NCBI GenBank assembly: GCA_963770565.1
Contig: CAVYQE010000001.1
Span: 608,001 to 672,000, forward strand
DNA: 64,000 nt
Reading direction: 5' to 3'
Source: an uncultured Actinomycetota bacterium
GTDB taxonomy: Bacteria; Actinomycetota; Actinomycetes; JAFAQI01
The position numbers and the translations under genes were made by a program. Below are positions 19,861 to 29,261 of this stretch, in pieces. Numbering within the stretch: position 1 is the stretch's first letter; each line of letters opens with the position of its first letter. Below the pieces are notes generated by a model that was not told the origin of the DNA, did no database searches, and saw only the letters and a program-made list of their open reading frames with translations.

Positions 19861-20943
19861 GTGGCACCCAACCTTCCACTGGCACACGTCTCGGACGTGC
19901 TGCTCACCTGGGCGGTGTTCTGCTACGCCTTCGCGATGCTCGGCTATGCCGCCGAGTTCGCGGCCACCCGCCGATCCGCCGCTCGCGAGCACAGTGCCGC
20001 CGAGTCGCCGCGCGGGCTGACCTCCCGCCGGTTCGGCGAAGGTGCGGTGGCGCTCACGGCAATCGGTTTCGGCTTTCACGTCGCGTCCGTGACGACCCGA
20101 GGGCTCGCCGTCCACCGGGTGCCGTGGGGGAACATGTACGAGTTCTCGTGCATGGTCACTCTGGTCGCGGTCGGGATCTTCTTGATCCTGCTCATGAGTC
20201 AACCGCTGCGACGGACCGCAGCGATCCTGACCCGACGTCCGTCGGCGCACACGATGAGCTGGCACTCGAAGGAGTCGGTGCGGTTTCTGGGCGCCTTCCT
20301 GATGGCTCCGGTGGTGCTCTACCTCGGGCTGGCCGGCACCGTGCTGTACGCCGCACCCGGACCGCTGGTGCCGGCCCTGGACTCGTACTGGATCAAGATC
20401 CACGTCGTCGCGGCGATCACCGCGACCGGCGCGTTCATGGTGTCCGGCGTCGTGACCGTGCTCTACCTTCTCAAGGAACGATGGGAGCGCGGCCAGCCGC
20501 CGTTGCGGCTCGCGGTGTTGCGCCGGATCCAGTCACCGCTGCGTCCGCACCGGGTGAGTGTTGGTCCGGGCACCGCGGCGGTCGCCGAGATGAACGCGGC
20601 ACGAAGCGGGCTGATGCAGTCGCTGCCGTCGGCCGCGGCGCTCGACCGGCTGGCCTACCGGATCATCACCTTCGCCTTCCCGGTGTGGACGTTCGCGATC
20701 ATCGCCGGCGCGATCTGGGCTGAGCAGGCGTGGAGTCGTTACTGGGGCTGGGATCCGAAGGAGACCTGGTCGTTCATCACCTGGCTCGGCTATGCCGCCT
20801 ACCTGCACGCGCGGGCCACCGCGGGATGGCGCGGCCGCCGCGCGGCCACGCTGTCGCTGATCGCGTTCGGGTGCCTGATGGTCGACTACTACGTCGTCAA
20901 CACGGTGATCACCGGCCTGCACTCGTACGCCGGCATTTCCTGA
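19861..20943 (+). CDS. ccsA: cytochrome c synthase ResC/CcsA
   Basis: WWD domain (GAIWAEQAWSRYWGWDPKETW), PWGNMYEF and GLHSYAG motifs. Confidence 0.95.
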   Translation: MAPNLPLAHVSDVLLTWAVFCYAFAMLGYAAEFAATRRSAAREHSAAESPRGLTSRRFGEGAVALTAIGFGFHVASVTTRGLAVHRVPWGNMYEFSCMVTLVAVGIFLILLMSQPLRRTAAILTRRPSAHTMSWHSKESVRFLGAFLMAPVVLYLGLAGTVLYAAPGPLVPALDSYWIKIHVVAAITATGAFMVSGVVTVLYLLKERWERGQPPLRLAVLRRIQSPLRPHRVSVGPGTAAVAEMNAARSGLMQSLPSAAALDRLAYRIITFAFPVWTFAIIAGAIWAEQAWSRYWGWDPKETWSFITWLGYAAYLHARATAGWRGRRAATLSLIAFGCLMVDYYVVNTVITGLHSYAGIS

Positions 20944-20997
20944 CCAGCGCCCGGCCCGACCCGGTCCGATCTGCGCGCTGACCGCGCGCCCGCCTCG

Positions 20998-21237
20998 CTA
21001 CGCCCGAGCGCTCGGTTGATCCTCGCTCGCCTGTCGAGGCGAAGGCGTGGCAGCCTTCGACCCGTCCTGGCGTAACAGATCTCGGATCTCGGACTCGCGA
21101 AAGCGGCGATGCCCACCTGGGGTGCGGATGCTGTTGATGCGGCCCGCAGCGGCCCAGCGCGTCACCGTCTTCGGGTCGACCCGAAACAGACTGGCTACTT
21201 CCCCAGGGGTCAGCAACCTATCCCGGGACTCAACCAC
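20998..21237 (-). CDS. bldC: BldC-family small MerR-like DNA-binding protein
   Basis: LLTPGEVASLFRVDPKTVTRWA..G.I.SIRTPGGHRRFRESE is the BldC signature. May be a paralog of the Streptomyces developmental bldC. Confidence 0.9.
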   Translation of the reverse strand: MVESRDRLLTPGEVASLFRVDPKTVTRWAAAGRINSIRTPGGHRRFRESEIRDLLRQDGSKAATPSPRQASEDQPSARA

Positions 21238-21368
21238 GACGTACCCCCTCCACTGCGCGTCGGCATGACGCGCTCGGTCAGTGTGACGGTCGGACCGCGC
21301 CGTTGTCAGGCACCGGGCCGAATCGTTTCCAATCGAGGGCTCTGGGTCGCCCGTCGTACGCTGACTTT

Positions 21369-21734
21369 ATGGCAGAACGCGCTGGTGTGCATCACGGTGC
21401 CGGCCGAGCTGTGTTGACTTACAACGTTTACCGTCTTGGTCTGCTTGCGGTATGTCTCGGTATCGGTTGGCTGATCGGCCTGCCCGCCCTGGTGCTCATT
21501 GTCAGTGCACTGTTTGTTTCAGGTGTCCTCAGCTGGTTCCTGCTGCGGCGCCAGCGCGAGGCGATGGGGGTGGCGGTCGAGGCGACCGTCGCCCGCGGCC
21601 AGGCCAAGATGGCCGCGCGTACCGCCGCCGAAGATGGGTACGTCGATGCCGTGGAGGCTGCCCAGCAGGCGCAGCACGAGGTGGCGGATCCCCGCGACCA
21701 GGCTGCGGCCCGCGGTGACCAACCCGCATCGTGA
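21369..21734 (+). CDS. DUF4229-like small membrane protein
   Basis: Two TM segments, YNVYRLGLL, S.VLSWFLLRRQRE and AAED; TACGCT -10 hexamer 6 nt before the ATG. Confidence 0.75.
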   Translation: MAERAGVHHGAGRAVLTYNVYRLGLLAVCLGIGWLIGLPALVLIVSALFVSGVLSWFLLRRQREAMGVAVEATVARGQAKMAARTAAEDGYVDAVEAAQQAQHEVADPRDQAAARGDQPAS

Positions 21735-22129
21735 GATCGAGGGCGTACCGGGATCGCGTGCTCGTGGTCGACGACGCCGTCAACCTGCGCGAGCTGCTGA
21801 CCCTCCTGCTCGAGTCGGAGGACGACTTCGAGGTCATTGGCACCGCTTCGGACGGCAAGCAGGCGCTCGCCGCCGCGGAATCGTTGCAGCCCGACATCGT
21901 CTTGCTCGACCTGGCGATGCCGGTCATGGACGGCATGCAGGCACTGCCCGGGCTGCGGCGCTGCCTTCCGAGCGCGCTGATCGTGATCTTCTCCGGCTTC
22001 GAACAGGCTGCCCTCCTCGACGAAGCGATGGCGGCCGGCGCGAACGCCTACCTGGAGAAGGGCGCGAGCGTGACGCAGATGGTCGACCTGCTCAGGCAGC
22101 TGCGCGGCCGGCCGGTGCCCACCGAGTGA
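21731..22129 (+). CDS. stand-alone response regulator receiver domain
   Basis: VLVVDD, PDIVLLDLAMPVMDG, FSG and AYLEK motifs; no output domain. Confidence 0.88.
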   Translation: MRSRAYRDRVLVVDDAVNLRELLTLLLESEDDFEVIGTASDGKQALAAAESLQPDIVLLDLAMPVMDGMQALPGLRRCLPSALIVIFSGFEQAALLDEAMAAGANAYLEKGASVTQMVDLLRQLRGRPVPTE

Positions 22130-22176
22130 GCGGCCCCGAGGCATCCACCGGTCAGGTGCGCGGCAAGGATGGCGCC

Positions 22177-22878
22177 ATGGCCCGTGCTCACCTCGACCGG
22201 CAGCCGCAGGAAGTCGCGCGGATGTTCGACGCGGTGGCCGATCGCTACGACCGGATGAATGCGGTCATGACCTTCGGCCAGGAACGTCGCTGGCGCGGGG
22301 TGGTCGGGCGAACCCTCGACGTGCAGCCCGGCGACCGGGTGCTGGATCTCGCGGCCGGCACCGGCGCGAGCTCGGTGCCGATCGAGGCGCTCGGTGCCCG
22401 CACGGTCGCCTGCGACTTCTCCCTGGGCATGCTCGAGGTCGGTCGCCGCGAGCACCCTCAGCTGGAGTTCGTGGCCGGAGACGCGCTCGCGCTGCCGTTC
22501 CGGGACGGTGCCTTCGACGCTGTCACGATCTCCTTCGGGCTGCGCAATGTCGCCGACGTGGACGCCGCCTTGCGCGAGCTGGCCCGGGTTACCCGGCCGG
22601 GCGGGCGGCTGGTCGTCCTGGAGACCAGCGCCCCGCTGCGCCAGCCGCTTCGGGCCGGGCACGAGGTCTACGTCAACCACCTGCTGCCCCGGCTGGCCCG
22701 CCTGGTGGCGAGCAACGGCGAGGCGTACGAATACCTGGCCGAATCGGTCGGCGAATGGCCGTCGCCTTCGGTGCTGTCGCAACGCCTCACCGCCGCCGGA
22801 TGGTCCTCGGTGGGTTGGCGGCAGCTGCTGCTGGGTGCGGTCGCCCTGCATCGCGCGACCCGGGGAAGCGGACACTAG
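22177..22878 (+). CDS. menG: demethylmenaquinone methyltransferase
   Basis: MFDAVADRYDRMN, VLDLAAGTG, ISFGLRNV and YEYLAES motifs. In-frame GTG 22126 is an alternative start. Confidence 0.92.
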   Translation: MARAHLDRQPQEVARMFDAVADRYDRMNAVMTFGQERRWRGVVGRTLDVQPGDRVLDLAAGTGASSVPIEALGARTVACDFSLGMLEVGRREHPQLEFVAGDALALPFRDGAFDAVTISFGLRNVADVDAALRELARVTRPGGRLVVLETSAPLRQPLRAGHEVYVNHLLPRLARLVASNGEAYEYLAESVGEWPSPSVLSQRLTAAGWSSVGWRQLLLGAVALHRATRGSGH

Positions 22879-22896
22879 AATCAGGGCCGAGCCCGC

Positions 22897-22914
22897 ATGT
22901 GAACGCTTTCACGA
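22897..22914. promoter_or_regulatory. putative Rex operator upstream of the MenJ-like reductase and nuo genes
   Basis: ATGTGAACGCTTTCACGA matches TTGTGAA-N4-TTCACAA with two mismatches, 10 nt before ATG 22925. TAGAAT -10 lies just upstream. Confidence 0.72.
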
Positions 22915-22924
22915 GCAGGAGACG

Positions 22925-24193
22925 ATGAGTACGACCGCCCCCGAGTATGACGCTGACGTGGTCGTCGTCGGTGCCGGTCCGGGCGGCTCGACCGCGGCGT
23001 ACTGGCTGGCGCAGGCCGGGCTCGAGGTCATTGTCGCGGAGAAGTCGCAGTTCCCGCGCGAGAAGGTCTGCGGGGACGGGCTCACCCCCCGCGCGGTCAA
23101 GCAGCTGATCGCGATGGGGATCGAGACCAACCCGGCGAACGGCTGGATCGCCAACCACGGGCTGCGGATCCTCGGCGGTGGCATGCGGGTCGAGATCCCC
23201 TGGCCGGACCTGGCCAGCTACCCGTCCTACGGGCTGGTCCGGCCGAGGCAGGACTTCGACGAGGTGCTGGCGCACGCTGCGCAGAAGGCGGGCGCGCAGC
23301 TGCACGAGCTCACCACGGTGGTCGCTCCGATTCGCGAGGAGCGCACCGGACGGGTCACCGGGGTCACGGCCAAGGACGGCCGGACCTTCCGCGCTCCGCT
23401 GACCCTCGTGGCGGACGGCAACAGCTCACGGTTCTCCCTGTCCCTCGATCGGCAGCGGCGCGAGGACCGGCCGATGGGCGTGGCCTACCGCCGCTACTTC
23501 CGCAGCCCGCGCCACGACGACGACTGGCTCGAGTCGTGGCTCGAGCTGTGGGACGGCGCGACCGGTCAGAGCCGGCTGCTGCCGGGCTACGGCTGGATCT
23601 TCGGCGTCGGCGACGGCACCAGCAACGTGGGGCTCGGCATCCTGAACACCTCCGACGCCTTCGGCAAGACCGACTACCGCGCCATGCTGGACAGCTGGCT
23701 CGCCTCGCTGCCCGAGGAGTGGGGCTTCGTCGAGGACAACGCCACCGGGCCGGTGCGCGGCGCCGCGCTGCCGATGGCCTTCAACCGCAAGCCGCACTAC
23801 GCCGACGGCGCGCTGCTGGTGGGTGATGCCGGCGGCATGGTCAACCCGATGAACGGCGAGGGCATCGCCTACGCGATGGAGTCCGGTCGGCTTGCGGCCG
23901 AGATCGTGGCCCAGGCGCTGGCCGAGCCGGCCGGGGCGCGCCGCGAGCGGGTGCTGGCGGGCTACCCGAAGGCGCTCGAGGACACCTACGGCGGCTACTA
24001 CACGATCGGCCGGATATTCGTGAAGGCGATCGGGCATCCCTCGGTGATGAAGCTGTGCACCCGGCACGGCCTGCCGCACCCCACGCTCATGCGGTTCTGC
24101 CTGAAGCTGCTCGCCAACCTGGCCGAACCCCAGGGCGGCGATGCGATGGACCGGATCATCTCGGGTCTGAACCGGCTGACCCCAGCCGCGTGA
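22925..24193 (+). CDS. geranylgeranyl reductase family (menaquinone reductase MenJ-like)
   Basis: GAGPGG FAD motif, FPREKVCGDGLTPR, PGYGWIF and GDAGGMVNPMNGEGI; between menG and nuoA. Confidence 0.9.
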   Translation: MSTTAPEYDADVVVVGAGPGGSTAAYWLAQAGLEVIVAEKSQFPREKVCGDGLTPRAVKQLIAMGIETNPANGWIANHGLRILGGGMRVEIPWPDLASYPSYGLVRPRQDFDEVLAHAAQKAGAQLHELTTVVAPIREERTGRVTGVTAKDGRTFRAPLTLVADGNSSRFSLSLDRQRREDRPMGVAYRRYFRSPRHDDDWLESWLELWDGATGQSRLLPGYGWIFGVGDGTSNVGLGILNTSDAFGKTDYRAMLDSWLASLPEEWGFVEDNATGPVRGAALPMAFNRKPHYADGALLVGDAGGMVNPMNGEGIAYAMESGRLAAEIVAQALAEPAGARRERVLAGYPKALEDTYGGYYTIGRIFVKAIGHPSVMKLCTRHGLPHPTLMRFCLKLLANLAEPQGGDAMDRIISGLNRLTPAA

Positions 24194-24264
24194 TCTGCGG
24201 GTGAGGGCGCCACCTAGACTTTCGACGGTTTGACACCCAGGACATCAGCGAAGGAGAGGACACC

Positions 24265-24615
24265 ATGATCCCGATCCTGATTCTGGCGATCCTCGGTGGC
24301 GGATTCGCGGTGTTCTCGGTAATTGCCGGCTCGGTGTCGGGTCCCAAGCGGTTCAACCGGGCCAAGCTCGAGTCGTACGAATGTGGCATCGAACCGACCG
24401 CCCAGGCCTTCCGCGGCCACCGGCTGCCGGTGAAGTACTACACGACCGCAATGCTGTTCATCGTCTTCGACATCGAGATCGTGTTCATCTATCCCTGGGC
24501 GGTCCACTTCAACAGCCTCGGGGTGTTCGGCCTGGTCGAGATGACGCTGTTCATCGGTGCGGTGTTCGTCGTGTACTTCTACGTCTGGCGCCGCGGTGGT
24601 CTTGAGTGGGACTGA
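24265..24615 (+). CDS. nuoA: NADH-quinone oxidoreductase subunit A
   Basis: YECG and FIVFDIEIVF.YPWA motifs. Confidence 0.97.
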   Translation: MIPILILAILGGGFAVFSVIAGSVSGPKRFNRAKLESYECGIEPTAQAFRGHRLPVKYYTTAMLFIVFDIEIVFIYPWAVHFNSLGVFGLVEMTLFIGAVFVVYFYVWRRGGLEWD

Positions 24616-24621
24616 CCTGAG

Positions 24622-25227
24622 ATGGGCATCGAGGAAAAGATTCCCGACGGGATCCTGCTGACCACCGTCGCCAAGGTCCTGAACATCGCCCGGAAGAACT
24701 CCGTCTGGCCGGCGCAGTTCGGCCTGGCCTGCTGCGCGATCGAGATGATGGCGGTCGGCGGTCCTCGGTTCGACATCGCGCGGTTCGGGATGGAGCGCTT
24801 CAGCGCCTCGCCCCGCCAGGCCGACCTGATGATCGTGGCCGGCCGGGTCTCGCAGAAGATGGCGCCGGTGCTTCGACAGATCTACGACCAGATGCCCGAG
24901 CCCAAGTGGGTGCTGGCGATGGGGGTCTGCGCGAGCAGCGGCGGGATGTTCAACAACTACGCGATCGTGCAGGGCGTCGACCACATCGTGCCGGTCGACA
25001 TGTACCTGCCCGGTTGCCCACCGCGCCCGGAGATGCTGCTCGACGCGATCCTCAAGCTGCACGACAAGATCCGGACCGGCCCGATCAGCGGCAAGCCCGA
25101 GCACACCACCATCGGCAACTCGCCGTACGTCAAGCCGATCGAGCGTGACACCCGGGCGTCGAAGGGGCTGGCGGTCGACGCCGAGATCCCCGCGTTCACC
25201 TCGCCGCTCCCCGGAGCCGGCTCGTGA
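24622..25227 (+). CDS. nuoB: NADH-quinone oxidoreductase subunit B
   Basis: [23 protein letters not shown] and PGCPPRPE motifs. Confidence 0.97.
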   Translation: MGIEEKIPDGILLTTVAKVLNIARKNSVWPAQFGLACCAIEMMAVGGPRFDIARFGMERFSASPRQADLMIVAGRVSQKMAPVLRQIYDQMPEPKWVLAMGVCASSGGMFNNYAIVQGVDHIVPVDMYLPGCPPRPEMLLDAILKLHDKIRTGPISGKPEHTTIGNSPYVKPIERDTRASKGLAVDAEIPAFTSPLPGAGS

Positions 25228-25919
25228 CCGAGCCGACGGACCCGGCCGGCGAGCAGGACCTCGAGCCGACCGGCACCGGTGGGCGCCGCCACGACATCTT
25301 CGGCGCGTCGGGCTTCGGCGACACCTCCGGCTTCGGGGGTCTGGTGGCCCGCCCGCCGCAGCTGGTCTCGACCCCACGCCCGTACGGCGAGTGGTTCGAC
25401 GAGGCCACCGATGCGCTCCAGGCGGCCTATCCCGCCTTCGGCGACGCGATCGAGCGGGTCGTGGTGCACCGCGGCGAGCTCACGCTGCACATCAAGCGGG
25501 ACGCGCTGGTCGAGATCGCCCGGACCCTGCGCGACGATCCCGGGCTGCGGTTCGAGATGTGCGCGAGCATCTCGGGGGTCGACTACCTCGCCGACCCGAC
25601 CGGCCGGCGGCTCCACGCGGTCTACCACCTGCTGTCAATGACCTATCGGCGCCGGCTGCGGCTCGAGGTCTCGGTCACCGCCGAGGACCCGCACGTCCCG
25701 AGCCTGACCGAGGTCTACCCCACCGCGAACTGGCACGAGCGCGAGACCTGGGACTTCTTCGGCATCGTCTTCGACGGCCACCCGGGGCTGACCAGGATCG
25801 AGATGCCAGACGACTGGCCGGGGCACCCGCAACGCAAGGACTACCCGCTCGGCGGCATCCCGGTCGAATACAAGGGCGCCACCGTGCCACCTCCGGACGA
25901 ACGGAGGTCCTACGCGTGA
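25224..25919 (+). CDS. nuoC: NADH-quinone oxidoreductase subunit C
   Basis: [16 protein letters not shown] and [10 protein letters not shown] motifs. Confidence 0.96.
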   Translation: MTEPTDPAGEQDLEPTGTGGRRHDIFGASGFGDTSGFGGLVARPPQLVSTPRPYGEWFDEATDALQAAYPAFGDAIERVVVHRGELTLHIKRDALVEIARTLRDDPGLRFEMCASISGVDYLADPTGRRLHAVYHLLSMTYRRRLRLEVSVTAEDPHVPSLTEVYPTANWHERETWDFFGIVFDGHPGLTRIEMPDDWPGHPQRKDYPLGGIPVEYKGATVPPPDERRSYA

Positions 25920-27280
25920 CCAACACGACCGACGAGAGCTCCGCGACGACCTACAACGACAACGACCCGTACGCCGGCGCCGAGCCCGAGGGCGAGGGCC
26001 GGGTGTTCACGGTCGGCGGTGGCGACTGGGAGGACGTGGTCGCCTCGATCGACCCGACCGAGAGCGAACGGATCGTCGTCAACATGGGCCCGCAGCACCC
26101 GTCGACGCACGGCGTCCTCCGGTTGGTGCTCGAGCTCGAAGGCGAGACGGTGATGGAGGCCCGGCCGGTCATCGGCTATCTGCACACCGGCATCGAGAAG
26201 AACATGGAGTTCCGGAACTGGACCCAGGCGGTCACGTTCATCACCCGCTGCGACTACCTCGCGCCGATGTTCAACGAGGCGACCTACTGCCTCGGGGTCG
26301 AGCGCCTGCTGGACATCGAGGACCAGATCCCGCAGCGGGTCCTGGTCCTGCGGGTGCTCGTCCTGGAGCTGCAGCGGATCTCCTCACACCTGGTCTGGCT
26401 CGGCACCGGCGGCCTCGAGCTCGGCGCGCTCACCGCGATGCTGCTCGCGTTCCGCGAGCGCGAGGAGATCAGCCGGATCTTCGAGATGATCACCGGCCTT
26501 CGGATGAACCACGCCTACATCCGGCCAGGCGGCGTGGCCCAGGACATCCCGCCGGGAGCGGTCGACGCGATCCGGCAGTTCGTTCCGGTCATGCGCAGCC
26601 GGATCGACGAGTACGAAGACCTGCTCTCGGCGAACCCGATCTGGATCGCCCGGACGCAAGGGGTCGGCTACCTCGACACCGAGGCCTGCATGCAGCTCGG
26701 CGTTACCGGGCCGCTGCTGCGCGCGTCCGGACTCGCCTGGGACCTGCGCCGCGAGATGCCGTGCCTCGGTTACGACACGTACGAGTTCGACGTCGTGACC
26801 GAAACCGCCGGCGACTGCTACGCGCGATACAAGGTGCGGCTCGACGAGATGCGGCAGTCGCTGCGGATCATCGAGCAGGCGCTCGACCGGTTGCGGCCGG
26901 GCCCGACGATGGTGGCGGACAAGAAGATCGCCTGGCCGGCGCAGCTCGCGCTCGGCGCCGACGGCCTCGGCAACTCCCTCGACCACATCCGCACCATCAT
27001 GGGCACCTCGATGGAGGCGCTGATCCATCACTTCAAGCTGGTGACCGAGGGGTTCCGGGTGCCGGCCGGGCAGGCCTACGTACCGGTCGAGTCGCCGCGC
27101 GGCGAGCTCGGTGCCCACGTCGTGTCCGACGGCGGCACCCGGCCGTACCGCGTCCACCTGCGCGACCCGAGCTTCGTCAATCTGCAGGCGGTGCCGGCGA
27201 TCACCGAGGGCGGGATGGTGTCCGACGTGGTCGCCAGCGTGGCCAGCATCGATCCGGTCATGGGCGGAGTTGACCGCTGA
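25916..27280 (+). CDS. nuoD: NADH-quinone oxidoreductase subunit D
   Basis: [32 protein letters not shown] and DPVMGGVDR motifs. Confidence 0.97.
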   Translation: MTNTTDESSATTYNDNDPYAGAEPEGEGRVFTVGGGDWEDVVASIDPTESERIVVNMGPQHPSTHGVLRLVLELEGETVMEARPVIGYLHTGIEKNMEFRNWTQAVTFITRCDYLAPMFNEATYCLGVERLLDIEDQIPQRVLVLRVLVLELQRISSHLVWLGTGGLELGALTAMLLAFREREEISRIFEMITGLRMNHAYIRPGGVAQDIPPGAVDAIRQFVPVMRSRIDEYEDLLSANPIWIARTQGVGYLDTEACMQLGVTGPLLRASGLAWDLRREMPCLGYDTYEFDVVTETAGDCYARYKVRLDEMRQSLRIIEQALDRLRPGPTMVADKKIAWPAQLALGADGLGNSLDHIRTIMGTSMEALIHHFKLVTEGFRVPAGQAYVPVESPRGELGAHVVSDGGTRPYRVHLRDPSFVNLQAVPAITEGGMVSDVVASVASIDPVMGGVDR

Positions 27281-27963
27281 TGTCGTTCCGCGAGACCGAT
27301 CGGCCCGGCTCGGCGCCCGCCTCGACCGGGCTGTCCGAAGAGACCCGTCGGCGCGCGCCGGAGATCGTCGCCCGCTACCCCAAGCCGCGCTCTGCCTTGC
27401 TGCCGTTGCTGCACCTCGTGCAGAGTGACCAGGGGTATGTCAGCCCGGAGGGCATCGCGCTGTGCGCGGAGGTGCTCGGGCTGACCAAGGCCGAGGTCAG
27501 CGCGGTGTCGACGTTCTACACGATGTACAAGCGCAAGCCGGTCGGTGACTACCACGTCGGGGTCTGCACCAACACGCTGTGCGCGGTCATGGGCGGCGAT
27601 GCGATCTACGCCGCGTTGAAGGAGCACACCGGCATCACGACCCAGAACGGAGTCACTGACGACGGCAAGGTCTCGCTCGAGCACATCGAGTGCAACGCCG
27701 CCTGCGACTACGCCCCGGTCGTGATGGTCAACTGGGAGTTCTTCGACAACCAGACGCCGGCGTCGGCGCGCGAGCTGGTCGACTCGCTCCGTGCGGGTGA
27801 GCCGGTCACGCCGACCCGCGGCGCGTCGTCCGTGTGCACCTGGCGCGAGGCCGAGCGGGTGTTGGCCGGCTTCTACGACGGGCGCGCCGACGAGGGTGTC
27901 GCCGCCGGCCCGGCCAGCCTCGAGGGCCTCAACCTCGCCAAGGCCAACGAGGAGACAGCGTGA
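27280..27963 (+). CDS. nuoE: NADH-quinone oxidoreductase subunit E
   Basis: CTNTLC...ECNAAC 2Fe-2S ligands. Confidence 0.96.
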   Translation: MSFRETDRPGSAPASTGLSEETRRRAPEIVARYPKPRSALLPLLHLVQSDQGYVSPEGIALCAEVLGLTKAEVSAVSTFYTMYKRKPVGDYHVGVCTNTLCAVMGGDAIYAALKEHTGITTQNGVTDDGKVSLEHIECNAACDYAPVVMVNWEFFDNQTPASARELVDSLRAGEPVTPTRGASSVCTWREAERVLAGFYDGRADEGVAAGPASLEGLNLAKANEETA

Positions 27964-29261
27964 AGCTGACTCCGGTGCTCAGCGCCAACTGGGGCGACGA
28001 GCGGCCGTGGACTCTCGAGGGCTACGGCGGCGACTACCTGGCTGCCCGCAAGGCGGTCACGACCATGGATCCCGACGCGGTGATCACCATGGTCAAGGAC
28101 TCGGGGCTGCGCGGTCGCGGCGGCGCGGGCTTCCCGACCGGCGGCAAGTGGGGCTTCATCCCGCAGGGCGACGGCAAGCCGCACTACCTCGTCGTCAACG
28201 CGGACGAGTCCGAGCCGGGCACCTGCAAGGACATCCCGCTGATGCTCGCCAACCCGCACTCGCTGGTCGAAGGCATCGTGATCACCTGCTTCGCGATCCG
28301 GTCGAACCTGGCCTTCATCTACGTGCGTGGCGAGGTCCTGCACGTCGTACGACGGGTGCAGGCGGCGGTTGCGGAGGCATACACCGCGGGGCTGCTCGGG
28401 AAGGACATCTTCGGCACCGGATTCGACCTCGACGTGGTCGTCCATGCCGGCGCGGGCGCCTACATCTGCGGCGAGGAGACCGCGCTGCTCGACTCGCTCG
28501 AGGGCTATCGCGGCCAGCCCCGGCTGCGGCCGCCGTTCCCGGCGATCGCCGGTCTCTACGCGAGCCCGACCGTGGTCAACAACGTCGAGTCGATCGCCAG
28601 CGTGCCGCCGATCATCGACCGCGGCGTCGAGTGGTTCCGCACCTTCGGCCGGGAGAAGTCACCCGGTTTCACGTTGTATTCGCTGTCCGGCCATGTCACC
28701 CGACCCGGCCAGTACGAAGCGCCGCTCGGCGTCACGCTGCGCGAGCTGCTCGAGCTGGCCGGTGGCGTCCGCGAGGGGCACGAGCTGAAGTTCTGGACGC
28801 CGGGTGGGTCGTCGACCCCGCTGCTCACCGCGGAGCACCTCGACTCACCGCTCGACTACGAGGGCATGACCGAGGCCGGCTCGATGCTCGGCACCAAGGC
28901 GTTGCAGATCTTCGACGACACCACCTGCGTCGTTCGCGCGGTGCTGCGCTGGACCGAGTTCTACGCGCACGAGTCGTGCGGCAAGTGCACGCCGTGTCGT
29001 GAGGGCACCTTCTGGATGGTCCAGATCCTCGAGCGGCTCGAGGCCGGCGATGCCGATGCCAGTGACGTCGACACGCTGCTCGATGCCTGCGACAACATCT
29101 TCGGCCGGGCGTTCTGCGCACTCGCCGACGGCGCGGTCAGCCCGATCGTCTCCTCCGTGCAGTACTTCCGCGACGAGTACGTCGCGCACTGGGAGCAGGA
29201 CGGCTGCCCGTTCGACCCCGACGCCTCGACGCTGTTCGCCTCCGCGGGAGCGAAGAGATGA
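27960..29261 (+). CDS. nuoF: NADH-quinone oxidoreductase subunit F
   Basis: [31 protein letters not shown] and [12 protein letters not shown] motifs. Confidence 0.97.
   Translation: MKLTPVLSANWGDERPWTLEGYGGDYLAARKAVTTMDPDAVITMVKDSGLRGRGGAGFPTGGKWGFIPQGDGKPHYLVVNADESEPGTCKDIPLMLANPHSLVEGIVITCFAIRSNLAFIYVRGEVLHVVRRVQAAVAEAYTAGLLGKDIFGTGFDLDVVVHAGAGAYICGEETALLDSLEGYRGQPRLRPPFPAIAGLYASPTVVNNVESIASVPPIIDRGVEWFRTFGREKSPGFTLYSLSGHVTRPGQYEAPLGVTLRELLELAGGVREGHELKFWTPGGSSTPLLTAEHLDSPLDYEGMTEAGSMLGTKALQIFDDTTCVVRAVLRWTEFYAHESCGKCTPCREGTFWMVQILERLEAGDADASDVDTLLDACDNIFGRAFCALADGAVSPIVSSVQYFRDEYVAHWEQDGCPFDPDASTLFASAGAKR

Noticed and set aside
24190-24264. Rex operator directly before nuoA (CGTGATCTGC...)
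   Set aside because: Only a half-site is present, with no TTCAC second half at the right spacing.
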